Part shown: piece by piece, positions 33,491 through 43,178 of the stretch
Layout: every line of letters starts with the position of its first letter
Position numbering within the stretch: the first letter of the stretch is position 1
Assembly (NCBI GenBank): GCA_963778665.1
Contig: CAVZVG010000003.1
Coordinates: forward strand, 463,766-527,765
Length of the DNA stretch: 64,000 bases
Direction: 5' to 3'
DNA from: an uncultured Gammaproteobacteria bacterium
Lineage (GTDB): Bacteria; Pseudomonadota; Gammaproteobacteria; JBBQDK01
Translations under genes and position numbers: made by a program
The notes under the pieces: generated by a model
Seen by the model: the letters and a program-made list of their open reading frames with translations, nothing else
What the model was told of the DNA's origin: nothing
Database searches by the model: none

Positions 33491-34704
33491 GGCGCTGTTG
33501 CCGTTTGTGATTGCAGTGATTTGATTTGGCGGGCTAGATGGCGTTGGAACAGCCAGATCGGCGCCTCGAGTTCGCTCAATGGACCGGGTGTGTAGGCCTG
33601 TGAGGCGAGACCGGCCTGCACTGCGCCACAGACTTCCATGTCTTCGAGATGAAACTTTTGTAACATTTCCGTCTCCTCTGCAATGATGTCCGCAAAATCG
33701 GGCATGTCGAGTGCCGTGGGACTGACCAGCAGCGTCGTGCGCAGGACCATGCGGTCGGCTGCGAGCGGTTCGATGCGATACCAGTACACGCGGTCGGCTG
33801 CAACGAAGAGCAGAAAATCCGGATGTCCCAGGTAGACGGTCCATTCGTGATAATCGCGCTCTTCGAGTCCCGGCAAGGGCGGAAATGCAAGCAACTGCGG
33901 TTCGCCCGCCCGCACCCGTTCGCGCAGGCTGTCGGCGAGGGGCAGGTGGCAGATGGTGTAGTGCTCGGCTTCCGCTTCGGTCCAGCAACCCTGGGCCGGC
34001 ATGACCGGCTGAAAGATCGTGTGGTGGGCGCCGGCATGGTGATAAGGCTCCATGAAATTTTCGACCAGCACCTTCCAGTTGAACGGACAATCCCAGGACT
34101 GATCGATCACCATGACCAGTTCATCCATGCGCCAGCGTGCCAGGTGCGGCAAAAGATCCGCATAACGCTCGACCAAGGGTTCGGCATCGCCGGAGAAGTT
34201 GACGAATACGAAGCCTTCCCACATGGCACTGCGGAACTCGTGCAGCTTGAGCGTGCCGCCGACGACCGCGGCATGCTCTTTCATGAACGGCGCACCTTTC
34301 AGGCGGCCGTCGAGGTCGTAGACCCAGTGATGATAGGGGCAGCGATACTGACGGCAGTTGCCCTGTTCGGCATGGCCTGTCTCCGGTGGCATGACATCCA
34401 TGCCGCGATGGGCGCACACACGCGACAGCACCCGGATAACGCCGTCGGTTCCGCGCACCACGCTCAGACGTTCGCCGAGCAGCGTCAGATTGACGTAATC
34501 GCCGCTATTGGGAATCTGTGCAACATGCGCGACCGCGAGCCACTGGCGGTTGAGCACCTGGCGCGACTCCCAGGCGAAATAGTCATCGTCCGTATAGGCC
34601 GCCGCCGGCAGCGCGCAGGCTGCACTGAGCGGACGTGCGGCGGTAGCCAGGATGGCCTGGTTGATAGCGTCGACACGATCGACGTCAGGCAGCGCGACAC
34701 TCAT
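33487..34704 (-). CDS. Rieske non-heme iron oxygenase alpha subunit (choline monooxygenase/CntA-like)
   Basis: CAHRG..CPYHHW Rieske motif; NWKVLVENFMEPYHHAGAH and EDMEVC mononuclear iron ligands. Confidence 0.92.
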
Positions 34705-34856
34705 GGCTGTCTATTGATCCTCTTGGTCATTCCGGTCCGAGTGGGCGCCGGCTGCAGGGACATATTCTCGATCGGCATCGGTTCGTGACCGACCGGCATG
34801 CGGCAGGCCTTGGTGACGCCGATCGAGATTCAGTCCCTGCAACGGTGCGTCCTCCG

Positions 34857-35894
34857 TTACTTGCCTTCCGCCGCGAGCATGTCACGCAAGGGTGACAAGG
34901 CGACACCGGCTTCCATCGGGTGCGCGGCCTTGACCTGGCCGAACTTCAGCCACCAATCGGTCGTAAGCTTCCAGTGCGCCTTGATCTGATCGTTGTGCAT
35001 GCCGAGCGGCGGATCGCCGGGCAGCAATCCCATGAAGCGTGCCGCCTGCTCTTGGTCGAATACCACGATGCCGCCTTTGTATATCTTGCCGGTCGTGCCG
35101 AGCACCTTCTCCACGTCGGCGACATCGAACTTCAGTCCTTTCGCGATGATCTTATTGCCCTCGGCGGGATGTGCCTTCCAGTAGGCGACCGCATCGAAAT
35201 ACGCCTTCATCACCTTGGCGGCCACTTTGGGTTTTTTCTCGATGAACGGCGTGGCCATGTACATGCCATCACCCAGTAGCGCGCTCTCGATCCAGCCCGG
35301 TTGGCTCGAATTCGTTGCGACCGTTGCCTTCGGCAATGCCTCCAGCACGTGGCTGCCAAACGGTTCCCAGTATTCACCGGCCGCAACCTTGCCGCCGACC
35401 ATCGCACCGACGGCGTCGTCCATGATCAGATTGACGAACTTCACGTCTTTAATCGACACGCCGTTCTGTTCCAGCCAGATGCCCATGTAGATCTGTGTAA
35501 GCCCACCCTCGAGCACCGCCAGCGATTTGCCCTTGAGCTGTTTGGCCGAGGTAATTCCCGGCGCCAGGATGATCTTGTCGGTGCCGTAGGAAGGGTTGGT
35601 ATAGGTCACCAGTTTGACCGGTACGCCTTTGTCGGCGGCGATCGGGCCGTATTCCACCGTGCTGGAGGTCACGTCCAGTGTGCCGGCGGACATGAGCGAG
35701 AAGCTCTCGTAAGGATCTTCGATGATGGAAATGTTCAGATCCAGATCCGGTGCCAGATTCTTCTCCTTGGCGATGAACCAGAAACCGTAACCCGGCCAGG
35801 AGAACAAGGAGATGTTCACCTTGTCCGCCGCACTGGCGAGCGTGGTACTCAACGCCAGAGCGAAGACCAGAAGAAGACGCGGAAAAAACTTCAT
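34857..35894 (-). CDS. ABC transporter substrate-binding protein (NitT/TauT/SsuA-like)
   Basis: Signal peptide; SWPGYGFWFIAKEK, SYGTDKII, YWEPF. Confidence 0.9.
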   Translation of the reverse strand: MKFFPRLLLVFALALSTTLASAADKVNISLFSWPGYGFWFIAKEKNLAPDLDLNISIIEDPYESFSLMSAGTLDVTSSTVEYGPIAADKGVPVKLVTYTNPSYGTDKIILAPGITSAKQLKGKSLAVLEGGLTQIYMGIWLEQNGVSIKDVKFVNLIMDDAVGAMVGGKVAAGEYWEPFGSHVLEALPKATVATNSSQPGWIESALLGDGMYMATPFIEKKPKVAAKVMKAYFDAVAYWKAHPAEGNKIIAKGLKFDVADVEKVLGTTGKIYKGGIVVFDQEQAARFMGLLPGDPPLGMHNDQIKAHWKLTTDWWLKFGQVKAAHPMEAGVALSPLRDMLAAEGK

Positions 35895-35916
35895 AAAGTG
35901 CACTCCTATGGTGATA

Positions 35917-36786
35917 TCAACTGTGATTGGGTTGCAGGTAGGGAAACCAGCGGCGATGCAGAAACCGGAAGGCCGCGTCGAAGGCCAGCCCCAGCAGACC
36001 GATGATCAGGATGCCGGCCATGATGTCGTCCACATGCACGAAGCGTTTGGCGCGCATCATCATGGCGCCGATGCCGTCGGTGGCCGCCACGATTTCCGCG
36101 ATCACCAGATACGTCCAGCTCACCGCCAGCATCTGGCGGCAGGTATCGACATAGCCCGGCAGGCTTTGCCGCAGGATCACCGTCCAGAGAATGCTGCGAT
36201 GGCCGCCACCGAGGGTTTTTGCGGTTTCGATGAATTCCGCCGGCACCTGACGCGTGACGTCGGCGATCATGATCACCAGAAAGAACACGACGCCGATCAG
36301 GAGCAGAGCGAGCTTTTGCGATTCACCGGTGCCCAGCCACATCAGCAACAGCGGTATGAAGGCCGGTGCCGGCAGATACCGGAACGATCCCAGCAGTGGA
36401 TTGAGCAGGGCATCGAAACGGGGGAAGGCACCCATGAGCAGACCCAACGGCAAGGCAATCGCGACGGCCAAGGCGAAGCTGGCGAAGATGCGCACGATGC
36501 TGGCCCAGACGTCGGCGGCGAACTGGTGCTGGGCAAACAATCGCCACAAGGCTTCCACGACCTGCACGGGTCCGGGAAACAATCGCTCGGGTGCCAGGCC
36601 TGAGTTCGCGGCCACATGCCAGCCGACCACGAACAGCACCCAGGCGACAGCGCCCAGTATCAGCCGTTCGGTGCGTCCCGCGGGCAGACGATTCGCCAGA
36701 CGTGGCAGGCTTGGCAGGCGCCGCGGTTTCGCTGGCGTCGCCGGTGACGAGTGTTCGGACAGGAGCATGCGTGCGTCCGTCGCCAT
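35917..36786 (-). CDS. ABC transporter permease (NitT/TauT family)
   Basis: RYLPAPAFIPLL.WLG.GE..K, ETAKTLGG, WTYLVIAEIVAA. Confidence 0.93.
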   Translation of the reverse strand: MATDARMLLSEHSSPATPAKPRRLPSLPRLANRLPAGRTERLILGAVAWVLFVVGWHVAANSGLAPERLFPGPVQVVEALWRLFAQHQFAADVWASIVRIFASFALAVAIALPLGLLMGAFPRFDALLNPLLGSFRYLPAPAFIPLLLMWLGTGESQKLALLLIGVVFFLVIMIADVTRQVPAEFIETAKTLGGGHRSILWTVILRQSLPGYVDTCRQMLAVSWTYLVIAEIVAATDGIGAMMMRAKRFVHVDDIMAGILIIGLLGLAFDAAFRFLHRRWFPYLQPNHS

Positions 36787-36788
36787 TA

Positions 36789-37808
36789 TCAGAACGCAGT
36801 GAGAAAGCTCAGGGCGTTCACGCCCACAGCCTCTCCACGTCGCAATGCATCCTGTACTGCGATTTCGCCATAGGTTTCACTGTAGATGCGCGCCATGCGG
36901 TTGCGATGGAACGACACCAGTTGCTCCCGTAGCCCGATCGCTTGTACATAGGGGCCGTCACCGTGCAGTTCGCGGTGCAGCGCCGGCAGGCGATACCAGG
37001 GTTCGACCGGTCGCGTATGGTGGGCATTGTGATAACTGAAGTTGAGTGCCAGCAGGTTGAGCCACGGCCAACGCGCGGAGATGAAATTGGTGTAGGTGTT
37101 CCGCTCTTCGTAGTCGCGATTGCCCTTGTTGGGGAAATTCGCGTCTGTCGTATCGAGGTTGAACATGATTTCGTAGTTATGCTGATACGAATCGATGAAA
37201 CGCAGGAACGTCAGCATCAGCAGGTAGGCGAGAGCATAGAAGGCAACGGCGCGGGGACTCCACCACAGCAGCATGGCGAACACTACGCCGCGCAGTAGCA
37301 ATACCCGCAGCAGATAACCGCGCTGAGCGCGTTTCGAGTCAAACACGAACGGTGCGATCAGCAGCAGGCCGTGCATCAACAGCTCGACGGCCGGTATATA
37401 AGCCCATTCCAGCGCGAAGACGATGCGCTCCAGCCAGACATGACGCTTGAGCAGTCCGCGGTAATCGAACAGCAGCGGTTCGGCGTTATCGACGTGGTGA
37501 CGCATGTGCTTGTAACGCAGATCTTCATACGTCCCGTAGCAGGCGCCGGTGATCCAGTTGAGTGCCTTGCCGAGGATGGCATTGTGCTCGGCGCGTTTGA
37601 ACAGGCCGTTGTGCGCGCAGTCGTGGATAAGGTATGCGGCGATGATCATGCCGTGCGCACAGGCCAGTGCCCCGGCGAGATTGACGGCCCAATCGGGCCG
37701 GGCCATCAGCCACCAGCCGCCGAAATACGTGAGCGCGATGTAGGTCAGCGCCAACAAGTTGGGCAAGACCCCGGCAGGGTCTTTCAGATAGCGGGTCGCC
37801 ACTGACAT
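36789..37808 (-). CDS. Membrane di-iron fatty-acid-desaturase-superfamily enzyme
   Basis: Three histidine boxes HDCAH, HMRHH and HNAHH plus TM segments. Confidence 0.88.
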   Translation of the reverse strand: MSVATRYLKDPAGVLPNLLALTYIALTYFGGWWLMARPDWAVNLAGALACAHGMIIAAYLIHDCAHNGLFKRAEHNAILGKALNWITGACYGTYEDLRYKHMRHHVDNAEPLLFDYRGLLKRHVWLERIVFALEWAYIPAVELLMHGLLLIAPFVFDSKRAQRGYLLRVLLLRGVVFAMLLWWSPRAVAFYALAYLLMLTFLRFIDSYQHNYEIMFNLDTTDANFPNKGNRDYEERNTYTNFISARWPWLNLLALNFSYHNAHHTRPVEPWYRLPALHRELHGDGPYVQAIGLREQLVSFHRNRMARIYSETYGEIAVQDALRRGEAVGVNALSFLTAF

Positions 37809-37812
37809 GCCG

Positions 37813-38694
37813 CTAGCCTCCCGCCGCCCGGAGCGCTGCCATCGATACAGCCGAAAACTGTTTGAAGTGGACCCGCTCGGTCGCGCCGATCCAGCAATTC
37901 AACGTCCACAGGTCCGCAACGGGCTCGCCCGTGAACGGCAGCGTATGCAGATAACCGTCCGGACCGAATTCCGGCGTCATGGTGACGTCGGTATAGCCGC
38001 GCTCCAGCTGCGAGGTCCAGACCGCTTCCCAGCAACGTTGATGCGACGCGAGCGCCTGAGCGTACTCCGGTGCGCCCGGGTGCGGTACCTGCGGTCCCTG
38101 GTCATAGCCGACGCGGCTATGGACGTGATGCGCCTGTTGCGCGACCCGCAGGATAGAATCCCATTCGCAGTCCATGAGCCGTTCGCAGACCACGGCCCAA
38201 TGGCTGAAGTCGCAGGTGACCTTGAGTTCCGGCACGCGATCGAGGATCTTCACGGTATTCCATGGCGTGAAGAAACTGCGTCCGCGGTGCGTTTCGAAAC
38301 TGCAGGTCACACCGATGCGGTCGGCGATCTCCTGTGCGGTGGCGAAGAATCGCACGCTGTCGTCGATCTCCCAGGCATCGCAACCGCCCATGATGTTGGC
38401 GAAGCGGGCGCCGATATCGAGGCCGCGCCGCAACTGGTTTTCGAAATCCTTCAGATGTTCGTCGAGGTCGGCGTGCCGCCGCGGGACGTAACTGCCCGCG
38501 GTGCAGATCTCCTGAATCCAGAACAGTCCATGGGCCTGCAACACCTCCGCAAGCTGCTCCACGGACGCGACGTCGGCGGGTGCCGGTGCCTCGATACCTT
38601 CGAATCCGGCGGCCACGGCGAGCTGCGCGGCCTGAGTGACCGAGCCCGTGTGACCCCACAAGGTTTTGCTCAATTGCAGGTTCATGGCTGGCAT
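37813..38694 (-). CDS. Xylose-isomerase-like TIM-barrel (sugar-phosphate isomerase/epimerase family) protein
   Basis: FETHRGR, DFSHW, HVHSRVG, TPEFGP metal-binding pattern; start at 38694 or 38685. Confidence 0.85.
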   Translation of the reverse strand: MPAMNLQLSKTLWGHTGSVTQAAQLAVAAGFEGIEAPAPADVASVEQLAEVLQAHGLFWIQEICTAGSYVPRRHADLDEHLKDFENQLRRGLDIGARFANIMGGCDAWEIDDSVRFFATAQEIADRIGVTCSFETHRGRSFFTPWNTVKILDRVPELKVTCDFSHWAVVCERLMDCEWDSILRVAQQAHHVHSRVGYDQGPQVPHPGAPEYAQALASHQRCWEAVWTSQLERGYTDVTMTPEFGPDGYLHTLPFTGEPVADLWTLNCWIGATERVHFKQFSAVSMAALRAAGG

Positions 38695-38742
38695 TCCCGG
38701 ATCAGTGCATCGTTCTGTGCATGGTAAACATGGTATGGAGAG

Positions 38743-38758
38743 TGCAACGGACATGCCA
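38743..38758 (-). promoter_or_regulatory. Sigma-54 (-24/-12) promoter
   Basis: Minus strand TGGCATGTCCGTTGCA gives GG-N10-GC, about 50 bp upstream of the first gene. Confidence 0.8.
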
Positions 38759-38832
38759 AGCCGGTAATTTATGGAAAATTGCATGTAAATATGCACATAA
38801 TGATCACGGGAGCGTTTGCAAGGGTATTTTTT

Positions 38833-38870
38833 GGAACCCGTTTGGTGCGGGTCCGCACCCCAAACGGGCA
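38833..38870. promoter_or_regulatory. Tandem NtrC-like enhancer boxes
   Basis: GGAAC-N7-GTGCG (38833-38849) and CGCAC-N7-GGGCA (38854-38870) versus TGCAC-N7-GTGCA; centres 21 bp apart; AT-rich spacer to the sigma-54 site. Confidence 0.55.
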
Positions 38871-38893
38871 ATTCAGGAGGTCGCGCGAGCGAT

Positions 38894-39274
38894 ATGAGTC
38901 GAATAAGTAACAAACAACGCAGCAGCATCGCGCAGGCGATTCTGGATATCGATATCCATTGGGCGAAAACGTTTCAGACCGCCGGCCTCAGTCATTTGGA
39001 CTACTGCGATCTGTTCGTCCATATGTGGTTGCGCCGCAAGGATCCGTTGCGCAAGACCGACCTCTATCCCTTGATGCCCAACGTCAGCCCGCGCACCGCC
39101 GTGAAGTATGTGCAGCGTGCCATCGACAGCGGTTTCATACTGGAATTTCCGGATGCCTGCGACCGGCGTGCGCGGATGGTAAGTATGTCCGACAAGGTTC
39201 TCGCGGACGTGGAGCGGTTTCTCGATTACACCAAGCGGCGATTCCGCGATGCTTCGTTGGAAGGGGCTGACTGA
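38894..39274 (+). CDS. Small winged-helix (MarR-like) protein divergent from the oxygenase operon
   Basis: GGAGG RBS; VSPRTAVKYVQRAIDSGFI helix and DRRARMV wing motif. Confidence 0.7.
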   Translation: MSRISNKQRSSIAQAILDIDIHWAKTFQTAGLSHLDYCDLFVHMWLRRKDPLRKTDLYPLMPNVSPRTAVKYVQRAIDSGFILEFPDACDRRARMVSMSDKVLADVERFLDYTKRRFRDASLEGAD

Positions 39275-39278
39275 GCTT

Positions 39279-40187
39279 TTATTGCCAGTTACCCCAGTCC
39301 GGGTTGGGGCCGAAACGCTCCACCAGAAAATCGATGAACGTTCGTACTTTTGCGGAGAGATACTTGCGGCTTGGATAGACGGCGTAGATGCCCAGTTCAC
39401 GACATGTGTAATCCGTGAGCACCGACTGAAGCCGTCCGGCCCGCACGTCGGCGCCGACCAGAAAACGTGGCTGCAAGACGATGCCCGCACCGCCGAGTGC
39501 CGCGACGCGCAACAGATCGCCATTGTTCGCGCGCAGGTGACCGTGCACCTGGACAACATGTTCGCCGTCGCGCCCGCTGAAGCGCCATTCGTTGCCGGCT
39601 TCATCGTAGGAATAACCCAGGCAAGCATGTTGCGCCAGATCTGCCGGAACCTGTGGAACACCATGGCGACGGAAGTACTCCGGAGCACCGCACGCGATCA
39701 ATGAGTCCTTGGCGAATTTGCGCGCTATCAAACCGGTCTCGGCCAGGTTGCCGATGCGAATCGCCAGGTCGTAGCCCTCGTTGACCAGATCGATATTCCG
39801 ATCGTCCAGCGTGAAGTCGAGCTTCGCCTCCGGGTGGATGGACAGATAGTCCGCGAGCAGCGGCGCGATGTGCAGCACACCGAACACCAGGGGCACCGTG
39901 ATGCGCAAGGTGCCGCGCGGCACTGAGGTCAGTTGCGTCGTCGCCAGTTCCGCCTCTTCGATGTCTTTCAGAATCTGCTGGCAGCGTTCGAAGTAGGCCG
40001 TACCGGATTCGGTGAGGCTGAGGCGCCGGGTTGTGCGATTCAGCAAACGGGTGCCCAGATGACCTTCCAGATGCGCCATGTGTTTCGAGACCATCGCGCG
40101 CGACAGTTCCAGGCGCTCCGCGGCGGCGGCGAAGCTGCCTACTTCGACCACCGTCGCGAACACATGCATGCTGGTCAGAGTATCCAT
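39279..40187 (-). CDS. LysR-family transcriptional regulator (CrgA/DmlR-like)
   Basis: GSFAAAAERL, LGTRLLNRTTRRLSLTE, DLVNEGYDLAIRIG, KVRTFIDFL. Confidence 0.96.
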   Translation of the reverse strand: MDTLTSMHVFATVVEVGSFAAAAERLELSRAMVSKHMAHLEGHLGTRLLNRTTRRLSLTESGTAYFERCQQILKDIEEAELATTQLTSVPRGTLRITVPLVFGVLHIAPLLADYLSIHPEAKLDFTLDDRNIDLVNEGYDLAIRIGNLAETGLIARKFAKDSLIACGAPEYFRRHGVPQVPADLAQHACLGYSYDEAGNEWRFSGRDGEHVVQVHGHLRANNGDLLRVAALGGAGIVLQPRFLVGADVRAGRLQSVLTDYTCRELGIYAVYPSRKYLSAKVRTFIDFLVERFGPNPDWGNWQ

Positions 40188-40342
40188 GGTCGTTCCATTA
40201 TCAACTGTGAGTAGTCAATATAGTCCAGAATGACAGGTTTATCTATTTATACGCAGCTAATATAGTGCGTTCCATGCTTACCGTGCTGCCCAGTTCAGCC
40301 CGGAGCAGGATTCGATCAACCCTTATCCGACGGAGAACTCTC

Positions 40343-40912
40343 ATGCTGAAATCCAATGCCATTGCCTTGCTCCTTGCCGCCAGCCTGCCGCTGGCGGCCC
40401 ACGCCGCGGAGTCTTACACCGTTGACCCGATGCATACCTATGCGCTGTTCAGTGTCAGCCATTTCGGCTTCTCCACCATGCACGGTCGCTTCGACAAGAG
40501 CAGCGGCAAAGTCACATTGGATCGTGCGGCCAGGAACGGCACGGTGGATATCACCATCGACGCGGCCTCGGTCAGCACCGGCTACGACAAGCGTAACGAA
40601 CATCTGAAGTCGCCGGACTTTTTCGATGTGGCGGAATTTCCAAGCATCACTTACAAATCGGACAGCATCACATTCAAGGGTGACACACCGGTCAGCGTAC
40701 CCGGCAAACTGACGCTGCTTGGCGTGACCAAACCCGTCACGCTTACCATCGATGCCTTCAAGTGCGGCGCGAATCCGATGAACAAAAAGGAGGAGTGCGG
40801 CGCGGCCGCAACGGCGCAGATCAAACGATCGGACTTCGGCATGAAGGCCTTCCTGCCCGGTGTCGGCGACGACATCAAGATGGAGTTCGAGATCGAAGCG
40901 TATAAGGATTGA
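40343..40912 (+). CDS. YceI-family periplasmic protein
   Basis: Signal peptide; YTVDPMHT..F.VSHFGFS, RNEHLKSPDFFD, LTLLGVTKPV, IKRSDFGM. Confidence 0.93.
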   Translation: MLKSNAIALLLAASLPLAAHAAESYTVDPMHTYALFSVSHFGFSTMHGRFDKSSGKVTLDRAARNGTVDITIDAASVSTGYDKRNEHLKSPDFFDVAEFPSITYKSDSITFKGDTPVSVPGKLTLLGVTKPVTLTIDAFKCGANPMNKKEECGAAATAQIKRSDFGMKAFLPGVGDDIKMEFEIEAYKD

Positions 40913-40940
40913 GTTTTGGCTGATTGTCTGAGAAATGTTT

Positions 40941-41146
40941 TAGAGCGTCTGGCAATCTGAAAAGCATTGACCACGGAGGGCACGGAGATTTTTTATTAAA
41001 AGCATTCACCACGGGGGACACGGGGAACACAGGGGTAACCGCTGATAACCCCGTGTTCCCCGTGTCCCCGTGGTAATCGCTTTTCTGTATGGGCAAAATA
41101 TTTCTCCGTGTCCTCCGTGGTGATGACTTTTTGTTAGGCGATCTTA
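40941..41146. mobile_element. Nested-palindrome MITE-like element, copy 1
   Basis: Outer ends GAGCGTCTGGCAA / TTGTTAGGCGATC flanked by TA; middle IR CCACGGAGG.CACGGAGA; inner IR CCACGGGG.ACACGGGGAACAC. Confidence 0.7.
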
Positions 41147-41274
41147 GGATAGATCTGGTTACTGCTGAACTTAAGCTGCAGGCGTAGTAGCTGGTCTCAG
41201 ACTCGCCCCTCCAATGATCCGCTCAGGGCGAGTCATTTCAATCAACGACAGGTAAAACGCAGAGGAGAAACGGC

Positions 41275-42090
41275 GTGCAGGAACTGCTCTATCATCCCGC
41301 GGTGCAAGGTGGCGTGGCGCCGTTCGTAGTCGCTCTGATTGCGACGATGCTGTTGCGACGCGTGCGCCTGAGCGGCCTTGCCATCGTCTGCGGCTTTGCC
41401 GTCACCGTGTATATGGTCAGTGGCTTCGCCATCGAACCGTTGACCACGACACGCAAACTCGTCTGGCTCGGCCTCGCTTCCGGGCTGCTTGCGCTGCCGT
41501 TGAACCTGGCGACGCGATCGCTGTGGCGTCCTGTCATAGCGAGCTTGGCGGCGGCCGCTGCGGTGTGGATGAGCGTGCGCATCCTGCAACAACGCACGAC
41601 CGTCGAAGCGTTGCAGTGGGGCCTGGGCGGTGCGCTGTATGTCGGCTGGCTGGTTTACTGGATGGACGAGTTGCGCAACTCGCCCGTGCGCGCGGCCAGT
41701 GCCGGCATGGCGCTCGGCCTGGGGACCGGTGCGGCGGCACTGATCGGTGCATCCGCACTGTTGGGACAGTATGGCTTGTCGCTGGGTGCGGCGACGATTG
41801 CCTACTTGCTCATCCTGGTTACCAGCAACAGTCAACTTCCCTGCGGCCGCAGTTTCACCCTGCCGATCGCGTTCATCGCCGGACTGGTCGGCTATCTTGC
41901 GGTGCTCACGGCGCAATTGCCCTGGTATGCCTTGCCGGCGCTGGCTGTTATTCCGATTGCGGGCAAGTTGCCTGTCTCTGCAAGACCGGCACTGTGGCTG
42001 CAAGCCGCTTTGTTGTCTGTCGCCACGCTGGCTTGTGCAGCCGGTGCGGTGTATCTGAGCTGGCGCGTCAACGGCGCGCCACCACTTTAA
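41275..42090 (+). CDS. Hypothetical polytopic membrane protein
   Basis: AGGAG RBS, GTG start, many hydrophobic segments; no family recognised. Confidence 0.75.
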   Translation: MQELLYHPAVQGGVAPFVVALIATMLLRRVRLSGLAIVCGFAVTVYMVSGFAIEPLTTTRKLVWLGLASGLLALPLNLATRSLWRPVIASLAAAAAVWMSVRILQQRTTVEALQWGLGGALYVGWLVYWMDELRNSPVRAASAGMALGLGTGAAALIGASALLGQYGLSLGAATIAYLLILVTSNSQLPCGRSFTLPIAFIAGLVGYLAVLTAQLPWYALPALAVIPIAGKLPVSARPALWLQAALLSVATLACAAGAVYLSWRVNGAPPL

Positions 42091-42290
42091 AGTGTCTGAC
42101 AATCTGAAAAGTATTGACCACGGAGGACACGGAGAAAATTTTTGCCCATACAGAAAAGCTATTACCACGGGGAACACGGGGAACACGGGGTTATCAGCGG
42201 TTACCCCCGGTGTTCCCCGTGTTCCCCGTGGTAATGCTTTTAATAAAAATTTTCTCCGTGTCCTCCATGGTGAACGTTTTCTATCAGACG
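42089..42290. mobile_element. Nested-palindrome MITE-like element, copy 2 (interior inverted relative to copy 1)
   Basis: Left flank GTCTGACAATCTGAAAAGTATTGACCACGGAGG matches copy 1 directly; the interior matches the reverse complement of the copy 1 interior. Confidence 0.75.
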
Positions 42291-42304
42291 TAATCAAGGA
42301 CATT

Positions 42305-43114
42305 ATGAATACTTTTTTACCTACCTTGTTCGTATCTCACGGGTCGCCGATGTTGGCCGTGGAAGACAGTCCTGCACGCCGGTTTCTCGCAGGCTGGCAT
42401 GAGCGCATCGCGCGGCCGGCCGCCATCCTGGTGGTGTCGGCTCATTGGGAGCTGAGCGGTGGTCCCGCAGTGAGCGTCACCGCACAACCGGGCACGATCC
42501 ATGACTTCGGCGGTTTCCCGCGCGAGTTGTATGAGCTTCAATATCCCGCGCCGGGTGCGCCCGAAGTGGCGCAGCACGTTGTAAAGCTGCTGCAAGATGC
42601 CGGCTACGACGTCAAGACCAGTAACAGCCGTGGCCTTGATCACGGCGCCTGGGTGCCGTTGAGCCTGATGTATCCGAACGCAGACATTCCCGTGTTCCAG
42701 GTGTCACTGATTCATGGCGCCGGCCCGGAAGAGCACTACCGCCTCGGTGCCGCATTGCAATCACTGCGGACGCGCGGCGTGCTCATCATCGGCTCGGGTT
42801 CGCTGACGCATAATCTGTATGAATTCGTCGGGCATCGCCTGGATGATCCTGCGCCTGACTGGGTGAGCGATTTCGAGAACTGGATGGCGGCCGCACTGGA
42901 CGCCGGCCGTCTGTCCGAACTGATGGACTATCGAACGCGTGCGCCCAACGCCGTGCGTAATCATCCGACGGAAGAGCATCTGTTGCCGCTGTTCGTTGCG
43001 CTGGGTGCTGCCGGAGAAAGACTTGTCGCGAGCCGCATCCATGCCAGTCATACCTATGGGATACTGGCGATGGATGTGTATTCATTCGATGCAGCCAGTA
43101 GTGGCCTGGGTTGA
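42305..43114 (+). CDS. Class III extradiol dioxygenase (DODA/YgiD-like)
   Basis: FVSHGSPM, VSAHW, TIHDFGGFP, GLDHGAWVPL, GSGSLTHNL, HPTEEHLLP. Confidence 0.93.
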   Translation: MNTFLPTLFVSHGSPMLAVEDSPARRFLAGWHERIARPAAILVVSAHWELSGGPAVSVTAQPGTIHDFGGFPRELYELQYPAPGAPEVAQHVVKLLQDAGYDVKTSNSRGLDHGAWVPLSLMYPNADIPVFQVSLIHGAGPEEHYRLGAALQSLRTRGVLIIGSGSLTHNLYEFVGHRLDDPAPDWVSDFENWMAAALDAGRLSELMDYRTRAPNAVRNHPTEEHLLPLFVALGAAGERLVASRIHASHTYGILAMDVYSFDAASSGLG

Positions 43115-43156
43115 GCGCAGCGAAACCCGGGTTTCGCTGCGCTCAACCCAGGCTAC
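43101..43156. repeat. REP family A, spacerless form; overlaps the dioxygenase stop codon
   Basis: GTGGCCTGGGTTGAGCGCAGCGAAACCC|GGGTTTCGCTGCGCTCAACCCAGGCTAC. Confidence 0.9.
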
Positions 43157-43178
43157 AGTGGTTTTTCGGAGATTGACA

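Noticed and set aside
38780-38795. TGCA-N8-TGCA dyad as an NtrC site
   Set aside because: Spacing is one base short of the 17-bp consensus and it lies too close to the sigma-54 site; it could instead be an operator for the divergent wHTH protein, which is untested
40941-42290. CRISPR array
   Set aside because: The repeats are nested inverted palindromes, not direct repeats with regular unique spacers; no cas genes in the window
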